Notes: generated by a model from the sequence alone, not told the origin. Positions 1 through 11,240 are shown, numbered from the stretch's first letter. The stretch is DNA of 64,000 nucleotides from Chrysemys picta bellii (GCF_011386835.1 NC_088806.1:1364001-1428000), one strand, 5' to 3'. Translations and numbers: made by a program.

Positions 1-52
1 GAGACCGAACTGAGCAGGGTCACTTCAGCCAGTGACCTGGGGAAGTTCGAAC

Positions 53-775
53 CTACCCATGTTCCCATGGATGCTCAAACATCCCTCCCATTCCTTGGTG
101 AGAATTACACCAGGCCCCTCCAGTTTCACGCCCCCCCCCCTTAGGTCGGGGGTGCTCGATGGCACTCATAGTTCGCCTGTGGGAAGGTTTATGCGGCCTG
201 TGCCCTTTTCCCACCCCAATACCCCTGGGGTTCCAACTGGGCTGGGGTCTTCTCCCAGCGCTCCAGTCTACAGGTCTGTGATTCGGGCTCTCTTCATTCA
301 GAGCCCCACTTTTGACCTTGGCCACCCTCTGGAAAGGCTCCTCTATGCTGGGCAAGGGTCCTAAAGCCGTTTTCCCCTTGTCCCGGGCCTTCCTCCCCCT
401 CTGACAGGGGTCACAGGATCGGCAGTACTGTCGGACAGTAACAAAGACCCCAGGCCAGTAAAAGCTCCGTAGCAGCCTCTGCTGGGTACGCCAGGTTCCC
501 TGGTGCCCTGAGAGGGGAATGTCATGGGTCCCGTACAGCAGCTGGCGGCAATACTTCTGGGGTACCACCATCTGCCTCCTGATCCCCCCTGACTCCATTT
601 TCCCTGGGGGAGCCCATTCTCGGTACAGGAACCCCTTCTCCCACAGGAACCTTTTCCGGCCACCTCTCCCCATGGTCTGTACTGCACTGGGGTCGGCCAG
701 GTCCCTTATCTTCCGCAAGGAGGGATCTTTCTGCAACTCGGCCTGGAACTCAGCAGCTGGGACAGGGATGGCCAC
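53..775 (-). pseudogene. Integrase N-terminal Zn-binding region, truncated before the catalytic core
   Basis: RQMVVPQKY...HDIPLSGHQG...FYWPGV...YCRSCDPCQ...IEEPFQRVA, then loss of integrase similarity. Confidence 0.8.
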
Positions 776-987
776 CTGCTCTCTCTCGCCAGCTGGGTCT
801 GAAGCCGCAGCCTCCCTGAGCCATGTCCCTGGGCGTTCCTTCTGTGACGAAGTGGGGGGTTTTGCACCCTCCCCATCAGGTTAGGGTCCTGCGCCTCAGG
901 CAAGGTACCCTCCCCGTTGTCAGGGCGCAGTGCCCCTTGCCGGCTCTGGCTATGGGTCACGACCAGGGCACCCTGGGGGTTGCTTAA

Positions 988-1651
988 TCAGTCCTCCAGG
1001 TCCCTCCCCATTAGCACCTCAGTGGGCAAATGGTGGTGCACCCCCACTTCCTTGGGGCCCTCGGCCCCCCACTTCAGGTGTACCCTCATAGGCACCTTGA
1101 ATGGGGTCCCGCCCACCCCTGTCAGGGTTAGATAGGTGTTGGGCAGCACCTGATCTGGGGCCACCACCTCGGGCCGGGCCAGCGTCACCTCAGCGCCCGT
1201 GTCCCAGTATCCATTGACATTCCTCCCATCCACCTCCAGGGGAACGAGGCACTCACTCCGCAGGGACCGCCCCACGTCCACCCTGTAAACGGAGAACCTT
1301 GAGTCCAGAGCATCCAGCCCCCAAGAGGAGCTGGCCTGGGACCCTCCTCCCGCCTGAGCCGTTGGGAAGCTGTCAGCCCCCCTTCCCTGGGAATGCTGCC
1401 CCTCATCCGTCTGGGTCTCTATCCAGTCAACCCTCTGTGGGTTCAGTTTGCTCAGTCTGTCCCTGAGCCTGGGGCACTGGGCCCATATGTGGCCTCTTTG
1501 GCCACAGTAATAGCAGCCCATGTCCCGTGGGACCCCTCGAGCCAGTCGGTTGGTCCTGATGCTGGGTGTTCCCCTTGGGAGGGGGTTCTCCATGTTTCCC
1601 CTTTGGGAGGTCCCAGGGTCACTCTCTTCCAGCATCGTGGCAGGCCTGTTC
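988..1651 (-). pseudogene. Gypsy gag C-terminus (CCHC knuckle) and aspartic protease
   Basis: CYYCGQRGHIWAQC and VNGYWDTGAEVTL; stop TGA at 988-990 lies within a continuing pol-like frame. Confidence 0.85.
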
Positions 1652-1654
1652 TGT

Positions 1655-2123
1655 CGGTCTGATAAGCTGCCTTTAATTCTGGCAGCTATGTGTAGTAGCA
1701 ACCGCCTGAAAACAAAAATACAGACATTTCAAATTGTATTTGGACAAACCGATGAGTCTGATGATTGATCCCACACAGACGGGTTTAGGATCAGGGGAAA
1801 TGGATGTGGTAACACCACAGCATGATTATTTTCAGTGGCTCAAACAATTACAAGAGGACAAATTGACCTTGCAATACCGGATTAATGAGGCCATTGATAA
1901 AATGAATAACAAGCTCCATAAACAGAAAGCTGGTAACTCCCAGCTCTGGGAGGCCGGGGATCTGGTCATGTATTTAAAATTGGGTAGAAGGGAGCATAAT
2001 TTGGAATCTAAATGGATAGGTCCATATTCCATTGTGGACCGGCTTAGCCCTTTGGTGTACCGAATAGATAAAGAGGGAAAGCTAAAATGGGTTCATGTCT
2101 CGCAACTAAAATTGTTTTCCTAA
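1655..2123 (+). pseudogene. Integrase C-terminal fragment with GPY/F motif (inner element)
   Basis: SDKLPLILAA...FQIVFG followed, after a frameshift, by LESKWIGPYSIVDRLSPLVYRI...WVHVSQLKLF. Confidence 0.75.
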
Positions 2124-2959
2124 GCTACAGATACCAACGTTACTAACAAAAACGGAACACGCTGTGGCAGAGACCGAGCAGGGTCTGCCGTGGTGGGAGC
2201 ACTGTGCTAATTTGTCTCCAAGCTTCTATCTTTCAGGCTCTGAACCAGAACATCAGGAGAGCTGGTACCAGCTGAAGAGTGATAAAATACCATGGTTATA
2301 GTGTCACGACAAAGTCTGTGTTGCATGTTCTGTGTCTGTGTCTGTCTCTGGTGGGTGTCCTGTGCTAGCATTGGGTCCAGAGAAAGAGGGGATACTCAAT
2401 CACATCCACCTCTGTCTGAAAGACTTTGGTCCCCAATGCATCAGGTTTATTTATTCTTTGTTTATTTTTTGTTAGGTTCTCTAATCATTTTGTTGTTGAT
2501 TTTTGTTATTGATACATTTGTATTGTTAGTTACATTTGCTTGTATTATTAATTCCACACTTTCCTCTATGCACCCTGGTTCTACTTCTCCAAGCCCTATA
2601 AGGTAGTTCTTGGGCCCCCATAACCTGTAAGACTTTGGCCCATAATTGTAGGGCTCCATCTTTCAGGTCCCCAGAGACCTCTTGAGAACAACTGTTAGGA
2701 ATAGGGGATTCTGCAACATTTTAGCAACTGAATGTTAGTTTAAGTCCAAATCAGCTTAACCTTGCATGACAACTGTGGTACTCCTACAAAATCTTATTTG
2801 TTGTGTGTGCTTAAGAAGGTCCTAACCTCAGTGACTTTTATTGTTTGATGGCTATTGCAGCATCAAACTTGGGCCTCATTTTGTTTGTCAATGTACCCAA
2901 TACATAGATTTAAAAGAGACACACAAGATTTAAATTGTGACCACTCAAGAATTGTTCTT

Positions 2960-3069
2960 GAGAGGTCAAAAGCGGGACAATGTAGATACATCTCTGTGTT
3001 AAGCCTTGATATAATATTATAGCCCCTAAGGATAGTTAAAGTAGAAGAAAAATGTCTTTTTGCTAGCAG
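2960..3069 (+). mobile_element. Polypurine tract and 5' part of an LTR (inner family, + orientation)
   Basis: GAGAGGTCAAAAGCGGGACAA followed by TGTAGATACATC at 2981; about 2995-3069 is the reverse complement of about 5716-5790. Confidence 0.7.
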
Positions 3070-3200
3070 GTTTCAGAGTAGCAGCCGTGTTAGTCTGTAT
3101 CCGCAAAAAGAAGAACAGGAGTACTTGTGGCACCTTAGAGACTAACAAATTTATTAGAGCATAAGCTTTCGTGGACTACAGCCCACTTCTTTGGATCCGA
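3070..3200 (-). mobile_element. Penelope-like element terminal fragment (turtle-type repeat)
   Basis: GTTTCAGAGTAGCAGCCGTGTTAGTCTG...GGCACCTTAGAGACTAAC...AAGCTTTCGTGGACTACAGCCCAC; recognised from memory, with a hammerhead-like core on the minus strand. Confidence 0.55.
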
Positions 3201-3350
3201 AGGTATTGGTAAATAAGAGTAAAGAGATAAGCATTGCTGTTTTAGTCCCAATAGGAGGTTGGGTATACTAGAAAATGTTTAAATGTACCCATCCCTAAGG
3301 GCATCTAGCTGGGTTTGGGTACTAATGGCCAGACATTTCCATTTCCATTT

Positions 3351-4080
3351 ACTCATAGACTCATAGACTCATAGACTTTGAGGTCAGAAGGGACCATTAT
3401 GATCATCTGGTCTGACCCCCTGCATGCTGCAGGCCATAAAACCGTCCCTACCCCTTCCCTGGACTCTGCTGTTGAAGTCCCCAATCCTGTTTTTAGTGAC
3501 TTCAATCGGCAGAGACCCTCCTGCTAGAGATCCCTGCCCCATGCTGCAGAGGAAGGCGAAAAACCTCCAGAGGCTCAGCCAATCTGCCCTGGAGGAAAAT
3601 TCCTTCCCGACCCCAAATATGGCGATCAGTAGAACCCCGAGCATATAGGCAAGAGTCTCCAGCCTGACCCCTGTTAGCCATTATACTATTTACCCACCAT
3701 TGCTTGGCTTTCCTTGACTACTATGTTTTACCATTAAACCATTCCCTCCATAAACTTATCTAACTTAATCTTAAAACCAGACAGGTCCGTCGCCCCCACC
3801 GTTTCCCTCGGAAGGCCGTTCCAATATTTCACCCCTCTGACGGTCAGAAACCTACGTCTAATTTCAAGCCTGAACTTCCCCACGGCCAGTTTATATCCAT
3901 TCGTTCTCATGTCCACATTAGTACTAAGCTGGAATAATTCTTCTCCCTCCCTTGTATTAATCCCTCTAATATATTTAAAGATAGCAATCATATCCCCCCT
4001 CAGCCTTCGCTTTGTCAGACTAAACAACCCAAGCTCCTCTAGTCTCCTTTCATACGACAGGTTTTCCATTCCTCTGATCT
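3351..4080 (-). mobile_element. 5'-truncated CR1 LINE (RT C-terminus, 3' UTR and terminal 8-bp repeats)
   Basis: ORF ENLSYERRLEELGLFSLTKRRLRGDMIAIFKY...FRLEIRRRFLTVR is typical of the CR1 ORF2 end; ACTCATAG repeats (TCTATGAG on the minus strand) at 3351-3375. Confidence 0.9.
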
Positions 4081-4735
4081 GCTTCTGCAGCAGAGGTTTG
4101 CAAATCTTGGTGCAGTTCCTTGTTTTCATTTTTACATCCAGCCAATTGAAGGAATACCTCATTACAGGTTTTCCATAGAAGCCAAACTGCAGCTGCTTCC
4201 TTTGTTTTTGGAGTTGAGGGTTTATATATCAATATGTACCGAGCCCATTTATCTTCTAGGTCTGAAATTGTGTGGACATCAGCTAACACTTGATCAGACC
4301 AAGGGCTGTGTCCCTGAATTTTTGCAAGATGTGTTCAAAAGGAGTAACATCTTTTACAAATGCCAATTTCTCAGTCTCCTCTCTGGGAGCCTTCTTAAAA
4401 GACTGTTGATCTTTAAACATTTTCTAGTATACCCAACCTCCTATTGGGACTAAAACAGCAATGCTTATCTCTTTACTCTTATTTACCAATACCTCTTTTC
4501 CTGGAGCGAGAAAGCTATTTCTCCTCCCTTCTTTCTATTGCCGGCGACTCTACAGACCGGGGGAGTGAGAAAGCTACTTCTCCTCCTCTCTTTACTTGGC
4601 CTTCTACCACCGGGGGTGTGCACACCTTAATAATTGATTACTTATTAATACTTTTCAAGATTTGTGATCCCTTTTCCATACTTCTCAGTATTTCATTACT
4701 CAATAAATGCTCGTGGTACCTTTCCCCCTTTCGCA

Positions 4736-4746
4736 ATTCTCCACCA
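4736..4746 (-). promoter_or_regulatory. Primer binding site of the inner element (tRNA-Ala-like)
   Basis: Minus strand reads TGGTGGAGAAT, 3 nt after an LTR end ...AGTACAACA (4750). Confidence 0.6.
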
Positions 4747-4749
4747 AAA

Positions 4750-5916
4750 TGTTGTACTTAAAGTACTGCGCAGGATCTTTTCTGGGGGAACAAGGCAAAA
4801 CGCCACATTTATTAGTAATACGTGTATTCGTTAACACTGTATCATACGCATATGATATCTATATATAGTACACTCACACACACACACACACACACAAGCA
4901 CACTCTGTCTTGTTGTTACCAACTAGCTGCTCCCTTTAACTGCACTGGCCAGGCAAGTTAGATGGGGGAGGGGTGGAGCCGGGCTTCTGCCGATCCGGAT
5001 CGATGCTCCGACATTGACGAGACGAGACCCGGGGTCCTGTGCAAGACACCTCACTTTTATAGCCGCTTCCCTCTCGTGCAAATGTACAGATTCAAACTCC
5101 GTGTCTGTGTCCGTTGGTCCTTTGTGCTGCTTGTCTCTGGGGGTTGTCCCACTGCTGTTCAAAGAGGGTGTTTTCCAAAAGAAGGTGCTGGCTCCTAGCC
5201 CCCGAGGCCGTCAATATGTCTGATCAAAACAACAAGGAGTCTGGTGGTACCTTAAAGACTAACAGATTTATTTGGCCATAAGCTTTCATGGGTAAAAACC
5301 TCACTTCTTCGGATGCATAGAGTGAAAGTTACAGATGCAGGCATTATATACTGACACATGGAGAGCAGGGAGTTACTTCACAAGTGGAGAACCAGTGTTG
5401 ACAGGGCCAATTCAATCAGGGTGGATGTAGTCCACTCCCAACAATAGATGAGGAGGTGTCAATTCCAGGAGAGGAAAAGCTGCTTCTGTAATGAGCCAGC
5501 CACTCCTGATACTTAATATAATACCCCCTGATACTTAATATGTCTGATCTTCTTTCATGAGCCCACTTGACAGGTTTTATTGTCCTTGGATTTGGCTTCC
5601 ATCCCCTCTCCAAGGGTTGCAGCTGTCTGGAGGTGCTGTCTTCCTCATTCACACCTCGTTCATTCAATAGGGCAATTGATTAAGAGAGTGGGGGGGGGGG
5701 AAGATCTTATTCTACTGCTAGCAAAAAGACATTTTTCTTCTACTTTAACTATCCTTAGGGGCTATAATATTATATCAAGGCTTAACACAAAGTTTTCTAT
5801 AAGTTTTTCTACATAGGGATCTGATACAAAGTTCATATATATAGGGATCTGATACAAAGTGAAAATAGCTTAATACAGAGTTATACAAAATAGCCTAATA
5901 CAGAGATTTATCTACA
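4750..5916 (-). mobile_element. 5' LTR of the inner element, interrupted at 5226-5536
   Basis: Minus strand starts TGTAGATAAATC at 5916 and ends CA at 4750, followed by the PBS; contains a (CA)n microsatellite near 4878-4896. Confidence 0.65.
5226..5536 (-). mobile_element. Penelope-like insertion with a 13-bp target-site duplication
   Basis: AATATGTCTGATC at 5213-5225 and 5537-5549; the interior is similar to 3070-3200 (CTTAAAGACTAAC...AAGCTTTC...CACTTCTTCGGATGC). Confidence 0.6.
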
Positions 5917-5920
5917 GTTC

Positions 5921-6984
5921 CTTTGGGACTCCTCCCAGTTATCCCCGGCCCGACTGTTCACACACTCGTCGGCCAGCTGGCCTGCGTGCTGTGGGTTCTC
6001 TGGCTTTTGGTCCATCAACCATCGCCTCAGGTTGGATGGTCACTGCTCATACACGTGCTCCAGCACGAATAGGTCAAGCAGGTCCTCTATAGTTTGGGCC
6101 CCAGCTGTCCACTTGCGGGCATACCCCTGCGCCCGGTTGGCTAGTTGTAGGTATGTGACCTCACGGGTTTTACACTGACTCCAGAACCTTTTCCGGTACA
6201 TCTCAGGGGTCAGCCCAAACTCGCGGAGCAGGGCCTTTCTGAACAGTTCGTAGTCCCCTGTCTCCGCCCCTTTCAGTCGGCTGTACACCTCCCTGGCTGT
6301 GGGGTCCAGTGAGGGGATGAGAAACTGGAGCCTGTCTGCAGGGTCAACCTGGAGCAGCTCGCAGGTATTCTCAAAGGCCGTCAGGAAGGTATCCATGTCC
6401 TCCCCCTCCTTACGCTGGGCCAGGAAGCACTGATCAAAGCTCTTTGCAGTCTTGGGTCCCCCCTCGCTCACCGCAGCCGGGGCCCCACTGCTCCTCGGCC
6501 TGGCCAGTTCCAGCTCATGCTGACGTTGGTCCCGCTCATGTTGTTTCTCCTTCTCTTCCTGCTCCTGCTTCAGTTCTTGCTGCCTTAACTCGAGCTCTTT
6601 CAGTCTCATCTCCCATTCACATTCCAGTCGCATCCATTCCAGGGACGGGGAGCTCTGCCGGGACGATCCCCTGCTGGCCACCGGGGTGACCCCGGTATTC
6701 GCTGGGTTTCCCCCAACCCCTCCCCTAGGCATAGGTAGGCTGGGTCTCGGGATGTCCTTGACAGCAGTCTGACCCCTCCCAGCCATGTCAGGCCCCAGGG
6801 CCCACGCTGCATCTGCCGGGCGGCTTCCCTCAGGGACAGGGCTCGGTTCATCCAAGCGATCCCTCTCCTCCAGCCGGGCAATGAGCTGTTCTTTGGTGGA
6901 CCTCCCAATGCGCAGCCCCCTCTGCCTGCACAGCTCCACCAGGTCGCTCTTAAGGCGTTTAGCATCCATCCTCCGGCTGGTCAC
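5921..6984 (-). pseudogene. Gypsy gag N-terminal part (SAP-like start, coiled coil, capsid/SCAN-like region) with an in-frame stop
   Basis: ORF 6040..6984: DAKRLKSDLVELCRQRGL...DLLDLFVLEHVYEQ. After a TGA at 6040-6042 the frame continues PSNLRRWLMDQKPENPQHAGQLADE up to the insertion point. Confidence 0.75.
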
Positions 6985-7295
6985 TCGCCGGCCTGTGCTC
7001 TCCGCTTTCCACCGTTCCCGGGGGACCCCTAGTGTGCCAGCCCTTCTTCAGGTCACCCCCTCTCTGCCAGGGTCGAGGTGCAGACTCCTCCGCCCCGGGA
7101 CCGCTCACTGCGATCCCCCCGGGGGACCCTGTTACTGCAACAGTCCTTCTCTCTGGTCACACACTCCCAGGGGTCAATCACCCCCTGAACCATCTCTCTC
7201 CGACGCTTCAGCCCACCTGGTCCCCGCCAATCACCCTTCGTTTTACTGCTCCCCAGTCACTTACTGCAGGAAGTGCCATCCACGGGGTGCAGTAC

Positions 7296-7313
7296 ATCCC
7301 ACCTCTGCCACCA
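7296..7313 (-). promoter_or_regulatory. Primer binding site (tRNA-Leu-like)
   Basis: Minus strand reads TGGTGGCAGAGGTGGGAT, 2 nt after the LTR CA end; resembles the complement of a tRNA-Leu 3' end (TGGTGGCAGCGGTGGGAT, from memory). Confidence 0.7.
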
Positions 7314-7315
7314 GT

Positions 7316-7859
7316 TGTCATGGAGTGTGGGGGGAGCTGGGGAGAGAACCCAGGAGTCCTGGTGCCCAGACCCCCTGCTTTAACCCTCTGTCTCGGAGTG
7401 TGGGGGGACACAAGGCCCCACATCCCTGGCTTCCTGCGATTCACCATGACTCTCATCCAGCCAGTAAAGCAGAAGGTTTATTTAGACGACAGGAACACAG
7501 TCCAAGACAGGTCTTGCAGGCACAGACCACAGGACCCGCTCAGATAGGTCCATCTTGGGGTCCCAGGGGCACCACAGCCCCATTGGGGGGGGTCAGAGCC
7601 CCGTCCGGGCTCCCCTCCATTACCTGCCAGCTCCTGAAACTCCAACTCCCTCCAGCGTCTCCTCCCCCAGCCTTTGTCCGGGGCCAAGGTGTCACCTGGC
7701 CTCTAACCCCTTCCTGGGTTCTCATGTTACATGCTCAGGTATTCTCCGGTCAGTCTCCCATCCCCCAATGCAGACCGTCCTAGCCACACTCCCCTGCAAC
7801 CTTCCCAGCCAACACTCCCATCCCAGCCAACACATTAAGAATAGTCCCAGTTCGTCACA
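7316..7859 (-). mobile_element. 5' LTR of the Gypsy element
   Basis: The + strand begins TGTCATGG at 7316 and ends TTCGTCACA at 7859; it lies directly next to the PBS. Confidence 0.75.
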
Positions 7860-8394
7860 CACCCCAGACCCCACTCCCCTCCCGGGGCCAGGAAGAGAAC
7901 CCAGGAGTCCTATGTAACCTATGTAGCGTAGAGGTGAGCCAATTACTGACCAGTTCTGTGCTATTGTTTTTCCACTCTCTGACAGTATTTGCCCAGACCA
8001 GGAATTCCCCTATCCTTGCCAAGAGACTACAGCTCGACATAGGCCCCTTCTTGATACTACGTTTGCGCCACAGCTCATAGGAGCCGAGAATTCACTTCCA
8101 AGCACTCCAGTACCTGTCGTTACCAGCTGGTGACCCACGCACGCAATTCATCATGTCAAACACCTGCGTGCGAATGACACGGCTCCGATCTGCTCCCTGC
8201 AGGGCCAGGCTGGATCGGGTGGGTGCTCCAGAGGGCTGCCAGTTTTGTACCTGACAGCTACCGCTCACTACCGCTCGCGCACAACGAGCTTCCAACTTCT
8301 ACCTACGAGGGCACGGGGTGCCCATGCAGGGCCATCCGTCCGTCGTGTTTCCATGCCAGCTTCAAAACAGCTGCTCAGCATGGTTACCGACCAT

Positions 8395-8502
8395 GGGTGC
8401 TGCTGCACCCCCGGCTTGACGTGGCTTCCATCGCATACAGAGTTGATAGTGTAGTTCAATGGGTCTCAGCACCCCCACTGTACAAATTGTTCCAGCCCCC
8501 CT
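8395..8502 (-). mobile_element. Fragment of a turtle-type non-autonomous DNA element (hAT-like MITE)
   Basis: Minus strand AGGGGGGCTGGAACAATTTGTACAGTGGGGGTGCTGAGACCCATTGAAC; recognised from memory only. Confidence 0.35.
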
Positions 8503-9001
8503 GTTACCAGCTTCCCACGTCCCCGCTAGCATGCCGAGTCAGCAGCTGCTTCCCTGCCGTCGCTCAAGGCTGTGGACCGCTACCGCATCGGAGAGCGATT
8601 AGAAACCGCAGCTGGAACGAGTCCTCAGTGTTTTGGGGCTGACCACTGTGAAATAAGACAAAGAAAATGCGGGGGGGGGGGAACGCTGAGTCGCAGCCCC
8701 TCTGCTCTGCCCCGTGCGGGCTGGGGCAGTCACTCCAGGCTCAAAGCAATCTCTGGAAATGATTCCCATGCAAACAAGCCCCAGCAAGGTCCTGCAGTAC
8801 CTTTTGCCACCCCTCACCCCCAGGCAGCGACCCGCTTCCTCTGCCTCCGTGGGGTGGAGCGGCTCACTGGAGGGGAGACTTGCGTGGGGTCAGAATAGGG
8901 GATCCCCAGCTCCAGGTACCTGCCAAGGAGACACACACCCCAGCAAAGCTTCCAGGGAAGAGATGCAGGGCCTTCGGCTCCTGAATTGCCCAGCGCTTCC
9001 A

Positions 9002-9318
9002 GGAGTACGTCTACACAGAGCCCACAGCCGTGGGGCCCATGCTGGAGCGTCCACACTGTCCTGTGAACCTGGCTGAACAATGGCTGGAGCTGGGTCTCAC
9101 AGCCGTGTGAACGTGTCCACGCCTTCTGACCGGGGGCTGTGGCTCGAGCTGCGTCCACACTGCGAAATGCCAGGGCTTGGACCCGACTCACAGCAGGACT
9201 CAAGCCCTGAGCGCTCGCTGACCTGAGTCAGACTGATCAGCGTGTGGACGGAACGGGGGCTCGGGCGCAAACCGGAGTTGAAGTCCAGGCTTAGCGCGCA
9301 GTCTCTGTAGACACGCCC
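9002..9318. mobile_element. MITE-like element with imperfect TIRs (possibly Harbinger-type)
   Basis: GGAGTACGTCTACACAGAG at the left end; CTCTGTAGACACGCCC at the right end. Confidence 0.45.
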
Positions 9319-10844
9319 CAGCGCCCTGCTCCCATGTGGCTTTGCAGCTGAAACAGGACAGCCTCCCCAAGGGAAGGAAAGTGCTCTCCTGTTACAAGGT
9401 GGGGCGTGAACTCCTGTAAGTGCGTCGCTTGCTAGATGGCAGCACGGCCCGTGCAAATAAAAAGGGCCCAACTGTCTAGGAAGAAGACACTCACTAATCC
9501 TCTCCTAGGACTCCTGGGAGAGGAGTGTGGTCTCCTGATTAGAGCAGGGGGGGTGGCGAGAGCCAGCACCCGTGGGTGGCAATCTTGGCACAGTGGGTTT
9601 TGATCCTCAGACTGAACCGCGCTGCATGCTGCTACAATCACGTGCCTTCAGTTCTGTTTTGCACCAACTTCTATCCTTTCTGTGAGCTGGTTGGAAGGGT
9701 CTGGGGGGTGGCATGGTACCGGGCCTTGGCAGAGCCGTGGGGCAGGTGCGGGGAATGAACTCCCACTCTGGGATTCCTTTGCCTCCTTGTCTCAGACTTG
9801 GTTTCCCTTCTCCCCTGGCTGAGCCGAGAGAGGCCTTTCCCTGTCTCTTTGCTCCGTGGGGCACTCAGGCCTCAGGGGCCGAGACCCAGAGAAACGTGAA
9901 CGTGCCGGAGTAACGCCGGGTGGCCTGGCAGCAAGGCGCAGAACAGGGAGCAGGCACGGGGTGTCGTTACTGACACCAGGGGAGAGAGCGCACCCTGCAG
10001 CACAGCACCCCCCAGCACCGTCTGGGGCATTGGGGTCAGGACTAGTGCCCCCTACGGCGCCCCCCACCCTGCAGATGGGTGCCCCCTAGAAATGTGAGAC
10101 CTTGGGGGTGACAGCATCCCTGACTGAATCACCAATTCCATCTCCCAACAGCACCCTGGGGTTATTTGCTTAGAGCAACCCGACCCAATCCTATTTAGAC
10201 TAATTACGTCATCTTATTCTTGACTAGGTGCTTTATTGTAGCGCCCAGGAGCCCCGGTCACGGGCCAGCACCCCACGGCGCTAGGCGCTGTACAAACACA
10301 CCCTGTCTGAAAGAGCTCCCAACCTACGTCTCAGACGAGAGACAAGAGACGGCATCAGACAGGCAGGGGAAACAATGAGACATTACCAGACAGGAAGTGA
10401 TCTCAGCCCACCAGCAGCCCCACGGTGCTCGACTTTTTCGCAGGCATGCGTGGCATCTATATTTTCATGATCTGCCCAATAAGCTCGCCGTGTTTCTCGA
10501 AGCGGCCCTGCAAACCGCAGGGCTCGGCCAGATTGCGTTTAAAACTAATGACCTGCAAGACAACATGTCAAATCACCACGCAGCAGCCCAGAAATCCCGG
10601 CAGGCATTCGTGCGACATGCCGAGAGGGAGCAGCCCCTGTTAAACCAGGGAGCCTGGAGTGTCCCCGAGTGGCAGGCGCTCCGATCGCGCTCCTTGGGGA
10701 GCCCCGGCCCGGATGCACACGACCAGGCCTAGGAGCATCTCAGCCCCGGAGGGACGCAGCCTCACCCTCGCCCGGCCCAGGGCTAAGGGGGGAAACCAAG
10801 GCACCGGGCGGGGACATGGCAAGTTAGTTTGCAGAGCTCCCGAT

Positions 10845-11240
10845 GGAACTCAGGAGTCCTGGCTCCCAGCCCCCCCCTGCTCTAACCCACCAGCCCCCAC
10901 TCCCCTCCCAGAGCCGGGGAGAGAACCCAGGAGTCCTGGTTCCCAGCCCCCCCTGCTCTAACCCACCAGCCCCCGCTCCCCTCCCAGAGCCAGGGAGAGA
11001 ACCCAGGAGTCCCGGCTCCCAGCCCCCCCTGCTCTAACCCACCAGTCCCCACTCCCCTCCCAGAGCTGGGGAGAGAACCCAGGTGTCCTGGCTCCCAGCC
11101 CCCCCTGCTCTAACCCACCAGCCCCCGCTCCCCTCCCAGAGCTGGGGAGAGAACCCAGGAGTCCTGGCTCCCAGCCCCCGCTGCTCTAACCCACCAGCCC
11201 CTGCTCCCCTCCCAGAGCCGGGAAGAGAACCCAGGCGTCC
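10845..11240 (-). repeat. Satellite A array (~75-bp unit; G-rich strand on minus)
   Basis: About 5 copies of GAGAACCCAGGAGTCCTGGCTCCCAGCCCCCCCTGCTCTAACCCACCAGCCCCCACTCCCCTCCCAGAGCC. Confidence 0.9.

Larger units (their letters stand above)
1652..5916. mobile_element. Nested, rearranged LTR-element composite flanked by a 4-bp duplication GTTC
   Basis: GTTC at 1648-1651 and 5917-5920. Removing the insert and one GTTC rejoins the host gag frame (EESQRN/RPATM). Confidence 0.7.
1..7859 (-). mobile_element. Gmr1-like Ty3/Gypsy LTR retrotransposon, internally deleted and decayed, split by a nested insertion at 1652-5916; 3' LTR expected just left of the window
   Basis: 5' LTR 7316-7859 with TG...CA ends and PBS at 7296-7313. 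Gag 6984->5921 continues at 1651. Zn knuckle CYYCGQRGHIWAQC, protease WDTGAEVT, integrase Zn-binding region HDIPLSGHQG...CRSCDPC. No RT/RNaseH or integrase DDE core seen. Confidence 0.85.

Noticed and set aside
843-860. TGTGACGAAGTGG resembling the LTR start
   Set aside because: Short match inside the pol linker, in the wrong orientation, with no further LTR similarity.
7916-8394. Possible decayed pol fragment
   Set aside because: No convincing RT, RNaseH or integrase motif in any frame; left unannotated.
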